Shown here piece after piece: positions 1-7,134 of a DNA stretch of 20,468 nt; within the stretch, counting starts at the first letter, position 1; each line of letters begins with the position of its first letter. Origin of the DNA: a virus; the IMG/VR virus record IMGVR_UViG_3300029305_010407. One strand, 5' to 3'. A program made the translations under genes and the position numbers. The notes under the pieces are model-generated. The model worked only from the letters and a program-made list of their open reading frames with translations. It had not been told where the DNA came from and ran no database searches.

Positions 1-1
1 T

Positions 2-1195
2 GCTAAGATTGGTGAGAGCGAAGCTAATGTTACTGGATTTGTAATTTCCATTCCGGTTTTAGATGCAGGAACCTACACTTTAACAGTAACAACAATACCT
101 GATGATGATTACAACCCTGTAACTAAAGAAGTAAACATCACTGTTAATAAGGTTAATTCCACATTAACAGTCAGTGATATCATATTTGATTATAGTAGTT
201 CAGGTTCTACTGTTGTTTCCCTCACCGGTGCTGACGGTGTTAACGCCACTGTAGTTGGCCAACCTAAAGCTGTTGTTAAAGTGAATGGTACCAACATTAC
301 CGTTTCCGATTTAGACGCAGGAACCTATACCTTAACTGTTACTGCAATAGGTGATAAGAATCACAATAACGTAACTAAAAACGCTACAATAACAGTTAAT
401 AAACTTAAAACAGAATTAACAAGCAATGCAATAACAACTACATATAATGTTAACAAGGATTTGGTTATCACATTGAAAGACATTACTGGCAAAGCTTTAA
501 GCGGTGTTAAAGTAACTGTTGATTTAAACGGTGCCAAAACATACACAACCGACAAGAACGGCCAGGTCAAGGTATCAACCAAAGGACTTGCACCTAAAGC
601 ATACACTGCTAAGGTAACATTCAACGGCGATACCAACTATGACAAGTCAACTAAAGACATTAAGGTTACTGTTAAGAAGGCTACTCCTAAATTGACTGCT
701 AAAAAGAAAACATTCAAGAAATCAACTAAAACCAAGAAATACTCCATTGTTTTAAAGGACAACACTGGAAAGGCAATCAAGAAGGCAAAAGTCACCCTGA
801 AAGTCAAAGGCAAAACCTACAAGGCAACTACCAACAGTAAAGGTAAGGCTACCTTCAAGATTACCAAACTCAACAAGAAAGGAACCTTCAAGGCAACAAT
901 AACCTATAAAGGAAACAAGTACTACAACAAGGTATCTAAAAAAGCCAATATCAAGGTTATTGTAACCTTCAAGACAGTATCTAAAGGAAGCAAGGATAAA
1001 GCAACCGTTAAGGAAATCCAAAGGGCTTTAAAAAATAAAGGTTACTATTTAACTTATCAAGGCCATTACTTGAAAGTGGATGGTAAGTTCAAAGGTTGCA
1101 CTGAAAGATCCCTTAAGGAGTTCCAAAAAGATAATGGTCTTAAGGTGACCGGTAAGGTTGATGAAAAGACCGCTAAAAAACTTGGAATACTTTAA
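2..1195 (+). CDS. Adhesin-like cell-surface protein, 5'-truncated by the window; Ig-like repeats, Lys-rich domain, C-terminal PG_binding_1-like domain
   Basis: The frame of ORF 281..1195 is open back to position 2 (AKIGESEANVTG...). It has repeated 'LDAGTYTLTVT' beta-sandwich units and 'ITLKD..GKAL.G.KVTV.LNG.KTYTTDKNGQV' units typical of Methanobrevibacter adhesin-like proteins. The C-terminus 'VKEIQRALKNKGY...VDGKF...T..SLKEFQKDNGLKVTGKVDEKT.KKL' fits the peptidoglycan-binding three-helix signature. Confidence 0.85.
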   Translation, partial: AKIGESEANVTGFVISIPVLDAGTYTLTVTTIPDDDYNPVTKEVNITVNKVNSTLTVSDIIFDYSSSGSTVVSLTGADGVNATVVGQPKAVVKVNGTNITVSDLDAGTYTLTVTAIGDKNHNNVTKNATITVNKLKTELTSNAITTTYNVNKDLVITLKDITGKALSGVKVTVDLNGAKTYTTDKNGQVKVSTKGLAPKAYTAKVTFNGDTNYDKSTKDIKVTVKKATPKLTAKKKTFKKSTKTKKYSIVLKDNTGKAIKKAKVTLKVKGKTYKATTNSKGKATFKITKLNKKGTFKATITYKGNKYYNKVSKKANIKVIVTFKTVSKGSKDKATVKEIQRALKNKGYYLTYQGHYLKVDGKFKGCTERSLKEFQKDNGLKVTGKVDEKTAKKLGIL

Positions 1196-1236
1196 ATAAG
1201 GATTTTAATTCCTTATTTTCTCTTTTTATTTTTTTC
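1194..1236 (+). terminator. Hairpin plus T-tracts after the adhesin gene
   Basis: AAATAAGGA (1194-1202) / 7-nt loop / TCCTTATTT (1210-1218), followed by T-rich tracts to about 1236. Confidence 0.65.
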
Positions 1237-1332
1237 AGATTCGTTTTCCCTATTTTCATTACCCTTCCGAATAATGAAATGAATTAATGTTTTAATCAAA
1301 AGTAAATTTTCCATGTTTAATTTAATTGAATC

Positions 1333-1446
1333 CACTTTAACATTAACGGCAAGGTTTTGGAAAATATATTTTGATTTTAAACCCTGATATATATGAAAGG
1401 GTTTCAGAAATTAAGTTTTGAATTGGTGATGGCGGGTGTTAAAGTG
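1333..1446. repeat. Copy A of a ~110-bp imperfect direct repeat with nested inverted repeats
   Basis: 1337-1445 aligns with 6358-6465 at 90/109 identity (manual alignment). Terminal IR CACTTTAACA (1333-1342) / TGTTAAAGTG (1437-1446); inner IR AAACCCT...AGGGTTT around GATATATATGAA. Confidence 0.85.
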
Positions 1447-1447
1447 C

Positions 1448-1675
1448 TTATGGAAATTCACTGGCTATCTCATGATACTTATCGCTAACAATAGCCACAA
1501 AGTCTTTTATATCACCTTTAACCTCCAATGTGTTAAAGTCCACTTCCTTGAGATAACCTATTTCATGTATCTCTTCAGGAGCATCTGTTTCTATAATGCT
1601 GTACCATCCCATTATCATTAACGGTTTATCTTTTGGAAATTTTTTTAAAACTTCAATTGCCTCGCCACAATTCAT
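1448..1675 (-). CDS. Small hypothetical protein (75 aa), probably co-transcribed with the lysin
   Basis: Lies 10 bp downstream of the lysin on the same strand with a GGTGA RBS upstream. Soluble composition; 'EAIEVLKKFPKDKPLMI' resembles a common small viral protein start. Confidence 0.65.
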   Translation of the reverse strand: MNCGEAIEVLKKFPKDKPLMIMGWYSIIETDAPEEIHEIGYLKEVDFNTLEVKGDIKDFVAIVSDKYHEIASEFP

Positions 1676-1685
1676 ATTATCACCT

Positions 1686-2516
1686 TTAACTTGAATATAA
1701 ATCTGTAAATATCCAACTTGGATCGTATGCTATAACATATCCATCCTCACACCATATGGATCTAACATTACCTGAAGTTGAATCTGCTACTGCTGCAGGG
1801 TCACGGTTGATCCAGTTTCCTCCTGTATGTTTCTTATGTCTCAGCCTTAATCTGATATGGCCAGTACCGCTGACACGACACTTGACGTGGATGAACTGCA
1901 CGTCATAACCTAAGCTTTTGGCGATACGGTAATATACCTGTCCCCAGTCCACACAGTTGGAGCCTTTACCTTTACTTGCATCATTGATGGTTTGTTTATC
2001 AGTTTTCTGTGAATCAAAGTACTTACTATATAATTTCTTGTTTGCTATAATAGCTAAGGCCTCATCAATGGTATTGCCTTTATAATTGAAGGTTTTGATA
2101 AAGAACTTCATTGTTGTATCTTTATAGTCAGGAAGTTTGGACATCCTATATACTATTGCAGGATATCTTTTATTGGCCTTGATGTAGCTTTCAGTTCTTA
2201 TGGCCATGTCAATGTATTCCGCTTTATCGATTTCCTCTCCGTTCTTTAACGTTACATAATTGGGAAGGAAATCCAAAGACTTGTTATCTTTAATGACGGC
2301 CATTGTATACATTGCCACTAGCTTATCGTTACCTAATTTTTTCGCGCGCTTCTCTATATCTTTGCAACTACCTTTCAGTTTGAGCATTTGGTAGTAATCA
2401 CGTTTCTTATATTGTTTTTTATTCTGGAGTAGCCAGTATGCTATTGAGTTCATAGCCTGGCAGAAACTTGTCCAGCTTATACTATTACTTGACATATTAT
2501 ATAATTTATATATCAT
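1686..2516 (-). CDS. Pseudomurein endoisopeptidase-like endolysin (PeiW/PeiP/PeiR-like; pseudomurein-binding repeat plus transglutaminase-like Cys protease domain)
   Basis: PMBR-like 'EYIDMAIRTESYIKANKRYPAIV'. Putative Cys-His-Asp triad in 'GSNCVDWGQ', 'VKCRVSGTGHIRLRL' and 'NRDPAAV', in the same order and context as PeiW (INCTDACQ...VKCNDGKWYGHY...WDYV, recalled). The true start may be the downstream MSSNSISW. Confidence 0.8.
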   Translation of the reverse strand: MIYKLYNMSSNSISWTSFCQAMNSIAYWLLQNKKQYKKRDYYQMLKLKGSCKDIEKRAKKLGNDKLVAMYTMAVIKDNKSLDFLPNYVTLKNGEEIDKAEYIDMAIRTESYIKANKRYPAIVYRMSKLPDYKDTTMKFFIKTFNYKGNTIDEALAIIANKKLYSKYFDSQKTDKQTINDASKGKGSNCVDWGQVYYRIAKSLGYDVQFIHVKCRVSGTGHIRLRLRHKKHTGGNWINRDPAAVADSTSGNVRSIWCEDGYVIAYDPSWIFTDLYSS

Positions 2517-2637
2517 AGTATTATTATTTTTATATAATATGACTAACAGTATTGCTGTTGTATTACCTACATTATTTTATTATGTTAAATCATAGGTTTT
2601 GTATTAGTTATGCTATATGGTATGGCCGAAATAGGTG

Positions 2638-3337
2638 TTGCAATTCCAGTTGCAACTATTGCAATTTTGTTGCAACTTTATTGCAACTCAGTTGCAACTC
2701 TTGAAATTTTCACCCTGAAAACCACGATCAGAGTTGCAATTAATTGCAATTTTTAATTATTAGTTTGTTCAATATTTTATAGTATTTCTTATAGAAAAAT
2801 GAACAAAGGTAATTTTAAGAAAGTCAAATTTAACCTCTTGAAGAAATTGCAATTTAGTTGCAATTTTTGGGTATATGAATTGCAATTTTGTTGCAATTAA
2901 TTGCAATTCCCAAAATCGAAAAAGTCGGAAAATCCGTATTTGACCCCATTTTAATTGAAGTTGCAATTCATTATTTTAAAGTTGCAATTGTTGCAATATG
3001 TAATACTTACACGAATGTATATAAATTATTGTACTACATTGTGAAACTGCAGAGTAGCAACCGGCACATCTGTATCACTCACCACCCCCATTTTTCGACC
3101 TTATAGTGGCATACCAAGGAAATGTATGTATTGTCTTACAAGTATTACAATAATTAATCATTCCTGCAAGCAAACAATAAACCCTGAAAAATAACATTTA
3201 TCGTTTATTTTTTTTTTAAAATTTCAAAATTAAACAATTTTCAACATAATTTTGAGTTGCAATTTTCAAAAATAGAATTGCAATTCCAGTTGCAACTGTT
3301 GCAATTATTGTTGCAATAAAATTGCAATTGATTGCAA
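2638..3337. repeat. Array of 23 TTGCAA palindromes, mostly spaced 9-12 or 21-22 bp
   Basis: TTGCAA starts at 2638, 2650, 2659, 2670, 2681, 2692, 2734, 2744, 2847, 2858, 2880, 2891, 2901, 2961, 2982, 2991, 3257, 3278, 3290, 3299, 3311, 3322 and 3332. 2638-2675 and 3278-3316 are near-identical direct repeats. Confidence 0.95.
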
Positions 3338-3366
3338 TACTATAAAATATATGATATTATAAAAAT

Positions 3367-4515
3367 ATGTGTAAGGATATTGGAGTGAATGTGATGACCG
3401 AGAAAAAACTCAAAAAGTCAGATGAAAGATTCGGTCTTGAATTTGAAGTCAAGAAAAATACAAAGAATGCAAACAGGATAGGATTCAGCAATAGCTTATT
3501 TGGTGTTGGTGAAAAAGTCTATGTCCTGTCAGAACAGCAGCACTTTGACTTAATCAAGGATATGGATCAAGTGGATGAATACAAGTCTAGAATAAAAGAG
3601 CTTGAAAATAAAATACTCAATAGCTCATCCGACAGTAACGCTGAAGATTTGGAAAAACAGATTCAGGAAAAAGATGAAATGATAAATACTCTAAAGGATA
3701 GAGTTGATTCACTTGGAAAAGAACTTGAATCAAATAAAAGCCAACCTAAAGTCCACGATAAAGATGAAATCGAACAATTAAAAGAAGATTTGGAATCAGA
3801 ACGTGGTCAACATCAATATTGGCAGAATGCATATGAAAATATGATTGAAACATCTGATGGCGTAGTAGCTAGAAATGAAGAGTTGATTAAAGACAATGAG
3901 CAATTGAAAACTGCTAACGATCACATTAACGAAACCAATAAACTCCTCAATGAAAATATTATCGGCTTAAATAAAAATTATGAGGAAACAAAAAGAGAAC
4001 TCCAATCTAATTTTGAAACAAGAGAAAAAGAATTGAAAGAAACTATTAAAAAACAACAATCACATATAGATGAATTAACTAAAAAAGTAGAATCTTTTTC
4101 CGGCTTTAAAGAGTATGTTCCACCTAAAGAACATTACGCTGCACTTCAGGAATTGCAGGAAAAAATAAATGATGCTGAAGCTGAATTAAATAAATTAACT
4201 GCTGAAGTTGACCTTAAGCTTACCAATCAAAAATCAGATATGGAACTTAAGCACACTGAAGAAAAAGCGCAAATGTTACTGGCTTACACTCAAGAGCTCA
4301 ATAGCTATAAGTTAAAGTATAACGAACTAGCTAAGGATTATAATCACTTGTTAGGAGATACAAAGTCATTAACAAGGATTAACACTTTCTTCAATGGCAA
4401 ACATAACACTATCGTTAAAGATAAAGAACCTGTTGAACTTGAAGAAATAGAGGTGGAAAAAGAACCAACGGATACAATAGAGTATGTTCCGAAGGAAGAA
4501 GTTAAGTTAATCTAA
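3367..4515 (+). CDS. Long coiled-coil protein with a small N-terminal beta-rich domain (possibly swapped-hairpin/AbrB-like)
   Basis: About 280 aa of E/K/L/N-rich heptad sequence. The N-terminal 'EFEVKKNTKNANRIGFSNSLFGVGEKVYVLS' resembles AbrB/DUF2080-like hairpins (tentative). The likely start is GTG/ATG near 3391-3394, after GGAGTGA. Confidence 0.75.
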   Translation: MCKDIGVNVMTEKKLKKSDERFGLEFEVKKNTKNANRIGFSNSLFGVGEKVYVLSEQQHFDLIKDMDQVDEYKSRIKELENKILNSSSDSNAEDLEKQIQEKDEMINTLKDRVDSLGKELESNKSQPKVHDKDEIEQLKEDLESERGQHQYWQNAYENMIETSDGVVARNEELIKDNEQLKTANDHINETNKLLNENIIGLNKNYEETKRELQSNFETREKELKETIKKQQSHIDELTKKVESFSGFKEYVPPKEHYAALQELQEKINDAEAELNKLTAEVDLKLTNQKSDMELKHTEEKAQMLLAYTQELNSYKLKYNELAKDYNHLLGDTKSLTRINTFFNGKHNTIVKDKEPVELEEIEVEKEPTDTIEYVPKEEVKLI

Positions 4516-4546
4516 TCTCCAAGCCCAACACTAACATTAACGTTAG

Positions 4547-5098
4547 CTATTCTTTATCTTGTATTGATTCTAGTATCTCATCCATTAATTTGGATGCGTC
4601 AATATTATTTATTTCTCCAATCTCGTATTCAATAATGGAACCCACGATTTTATTTAGTGATCTATCCTGAATAGCTGACACTATCCTTAATTTTTTGTGA
4701 GTATCTGGATCTACTTTAACATTAATTCTTTTTCTTGGATTTCCTTTATCCAATAGCTTATCGTTAATGTCATAAGCAGTATTATCAATATCAGTCTGTT
4801 TTAACCAATCAAAGCCATCATTATTCTCAAATGATTCTTTAACATATTCGACAATATCCAATCCTTCAATCCTCTCTTCTAATATTGAAGTTGCAATTGT
4901 TTCTAATGTTGTATCTTTTGCAGTAGCGATTATTTTTAATGTCTTATGTGTATTGGGAAATAATTTAACTGTTATTTGTTTTTTAGGAAGTTCATTCATT
5001 TCATTCAGATAATCTTCACGTACCTGCTTCATTTTGTTTTCACGCTGCACTTGCTTTTGAATCAATTCATCAAATTTATCATTTGTCATGTTATGCAC
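4547..5098 (-). CDS. Tandem ribbon-helix-helix DNA-binding protein (two RHH-like repeats)
   Basis: Internal duplication 'KQITVKLFPNTHKTLKIIATAKDTTLETIATSILEERI' and 'KRINVKVDPDTHKKLRIVSAIQDRSLNKIVGSIIEYEI', each an alternating beta-strand followed by two helices, as in CopG/HicB-C/ParG-like RHH domains. Confidence 0.75.
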   Translation of the reverse strand: MHNMTNDKFDELIQKQVQRENKMKQVREDYLNEMNELPKKQITVKLFPNTHKTLKIIATAKDTTLETIATSILEERIEGLDIVEYVKESFENNDGFDWLKQTDIDNTAYDINDKLLDKGNPRKRINVKVDPDTHKKLRIVSAIQDRSLNKIVGSIIEYEIGEINNIDASKLMDEILESIQDKE

Positions 5099-5118
5099 CT
5101 TTAATTAAATTATGTTAT

Positions 5119-5220
5119 TACATTATAATGTAGTTACATTTATATTTACTTACATATAATATATTATTGATTGTATATAAAACTATCCCGAGATACTAAA
5201 ATTCCATGTATCTTAGGATA
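5119..5220. promoter_or_regulatory. Divergent promoter region with operator-like palindromes between the RHH and GIY-YIG genes
   Basis: Perfect 14-bp palindrome TACATTATAATGTA (5119-5132). Imperfect 13-bp IR TATCCCGAGATAC (5184-5196) / GTATCTTAGGATA (5208-5220). Several TATA-like tracts. Confidence 0.5.
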
Positions 5221-5268
5221 TGTTAAATAGAGATAGCATTTTCTTTAATAATTAAAAGAGGTGTAATT

Positions 5269-6210
5269 ATGTTGAGTAAATATCGTAAACTCGATATATT
5301 TGAAGATTTAGAATCTGAAGTTGAAAATTCAAACTGTGGAATATACAAAATCACCAATCTGAAAAATAATAAAGGATACATTGGCCAATCATCTGACATC
5401 AAAAAGAGATGGAGAAATCATAAATTCGAATTAAAAAACAATATACACAATAATCCCTATTTGCAAAATGCTTTTAATAAATATGGTGAGGAAGCATTTG
5501 AATTCAGAATAATTGAGAAAACATCCAAAGAAAATCTTGATGAAGCTGAAGAATACTGGATTGATTATTTTGATTCAACAAATCCTGAAAAAGGTTATAA
5601 TCTCAAATATGGTGGAAACTCTTCTAAAGTAAGAGCAGATATTCAGGAACAAATAAATCTAGCTAGGGAATTAGACAGAGTTGAAGCACATTATTTTAAA
5701 ATGAGACATATCAACAATAATGGGGGATTTACAAAATTATATGAACTTGCAAAGGAAAATAAAACACAAAAACAAGCAGCATTAGATTTGAAAGTTCCTC
5801 AAAGTTATATCAAAGAATATTTGAATGAACAAGGAATTTCCACATGGCATGAACTTGTCAAACAAGCTAGAGGTTTCAAAGATGATTATACAATCATTGA
5901 TGAAAAAGGAGGAGTTTTATTTATAATTGATGAATTAGTCAATGGTAAGTCTATTAAAGAGATATGTGAGAATTTAAATATTAAACGTAAATTCTTTAAT
6001 GACTATTTGAATTATAAAGGAATTAATCCCCAAAAACTAAATAATCAAATTTCAAAATGGACTGTTGAATTAGGATTGAAGAATTTTGGTGGTGTAACTT
6101 ATATTAAAAAAAATTTAAAACTCGGTTTAACACTAGATGAAATTTCTGAAGAGTGTAAAATTTCTAAATCAATATTATCAAAGTATTTAAAGAAAAATAG
6201 TTCATCTTGA
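5269..6210 (+). CDS. GIY-YIG endonuclease with three C-terminal HTH-like repeats (free-standing homing endonuclease-like)
   Basis: 'CGIYKITNLKNNKGYIGQSSDIKKRWRNH...EAEEYWI...GYN' is the canonical GIY-YIG motif with conserved R, E and N. GAGGTG RBS upstream. The C-terminal half has three 'GG...[ST]xxEI/QA...I...YL' repeats. Confidence 0.9.
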   Translation: MLSKYRKLDIFEDLESEVENSNCGIYKITNLKNNKGYIGQSSDIKKRWRNHKFELKNNIHNNPYLQNAFNKYGEEAFEFRIIEKTSKENLDEAEEYWIDYFDSTNPEKGYNLKYGGNSSKVRADIQEQINLARELDRVEAHYFKMRHINNNGGFTKLYELAKENKTQKQAALDLKVPQSYIKEYLNEQGISTWHELVKQARGFKDDYTIIDEKGGVLFIIDELVNGKSIKEICENLNIKRKFFNDYLNYKGINPQKLNNQISKWTVELGLKNFGGVTYIKKNLKLGLTLDEISEECKISKSILSKYLKKNSSS

Positions 6211-6353
6211 TTATTTATTGTAGTTTTTACACATCAACATTAACGATTGCAATTTCATTACTGGAAAAATATATGTCTTACTAGAATTAAAATCTGAGGT
6301 TTTCAATATGATAATTTTAGTAGATAAACAATAGCTGTTAATATAATCGATTC

Positions 6354-6465
6354 AACATTAACATTAACGGAAGGGTTTTTGAAATTCAATTCTGGATTTA
6401 AACCGTGATATATATGAAAGGGTTTCAAAAATAAGTTTTCAATTGATAATGGCTGCCGTTAATGT
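6354..6465. repeat. Copy B of the ~110-bp imperfect direct repeat
   Basis: 83% identical to 1337-1445. It has its own perfect terminal IR ACATTAACGG (6361-6370) / CCGTTAATGT (6456-6465). Like copy A, it lies immediately after the stop codon of a minus-strand gene. Confidence 0.85.
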
Positions 6466-6468
6466 AAA

Positions 6469-6867
6469 TTAATATTTGTTGATGTCACGGTTATGGATCC
6501 ACTCACGATGCTTGCCAATTGCAACTCTGACAATAACATCGATAAGATCAAGATCATCAATTTGTTTGAAGTAATATTGTGCTGGTCCTTCCAACATTTG
6601 CCTGAGATCATAAAATGGTCTAGGCTTAATTGCATCTGGATTCATCAAGCCGTAATTCTTTAATAGCTTAACATTCTCTGTTTCGTATTTTTCAAGTTTA
6701 GCTTTCTGTACTTTAGTAGCTACAGTCTTTTCTTTCTTATCAAATATTTTAGCTACTTGTGATGAATCAATTAGAATACTGGATTCAATTAAAAGCAGTG
6801 TTATTTCTTTTCCTCTAACTGTTATTGTTGTTGGATGTGAATTTTCAGTATCTAATATTAGCTTCAT
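6469..6867 (-). CDS. Hypothetical protein, possibly a viral DNA-binding/antirepressor-like (ORF6N/KilA-N-like) protein
   Basis: GGAG RBS upstream. 'ITVRGKEITL...ILIDSSQVAKIFDKKEKTV' resembles the N-termini of phage antirepressor-type domains; the resemblance is weak and by eye only. Confidence 0.55.
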   Translation of the reverse strand: MKLILDTENSHPTTITVRGKEITLLLIESSILIDSSQVAKIFDKKEKTVATKVQKAKLEKYETENVKLLKNYGLMNPDAIKPRPFYDLRQMLEGPAQYYFKQIDDLDLIDVIVRVAIGKHREWIHNRDINKY

Positions 6868-6944
6868 TGTAATTACTCCAATATTTTATTATTAACATTA
6901 TATATGTAGCTATTAGTTAAAATATATATTTTTTTAAAAATAGT

Positions 6945-6973
6945 ATAGCTGGGAGAAGGAACGACCCAGCTAT
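6945..6973 (-). terminator. GC-rich hairpin downstream of the capsid operon
   Basis: ATAGCTGGG (6945-6953) / 11-nt loop / CCCAGCTAT (6965-6973); on the minus strand it is followed by TTTTT. Confidence 0.55.
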
Positions 6974-7134
6974 TAAGGATTTGGAGTCAATAAACTCTTA
7001 GCAGAAGATGGACGTGAAGAAAAACAATTAAAACTTCACATAATCTTCAAATGAGATTTTAATATTCTTTTATCCCTACACGCTCTCTAAACGAAAGGGT
7101 CCGATATATATTTAGGAGTTTATATGAAATTCGC

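Noticed and set aside
1196-1340. tRNA-based attachment site at the left junction
   Set aside because: No tRNA-like cloverleaf or CCA/T-loop motif was found, and no integrase is nearby.
1448-1675. Holin next to the endolysin
   Set aside because: The 75-aa protein is charged, with no transmembrane-length hydrophobic segment.
2769-3106. ORFs 2769..2966 (-) and 2888..3106 (+), plus a 21-codon minus-strand ORF near 3030-3090
   Set aside because: They are low-complexity by-products of the repeat array (LQL/IAT runs) with no RBS or domain signal.
2638-3337. CRISPR array interpretation of the TTGCAA repeats
   Set aside because: The repeat unit is 6-8 bp with 3-6 bp gaps, not 24-47 bp repeats with unique spacers, and there are no cas genes.
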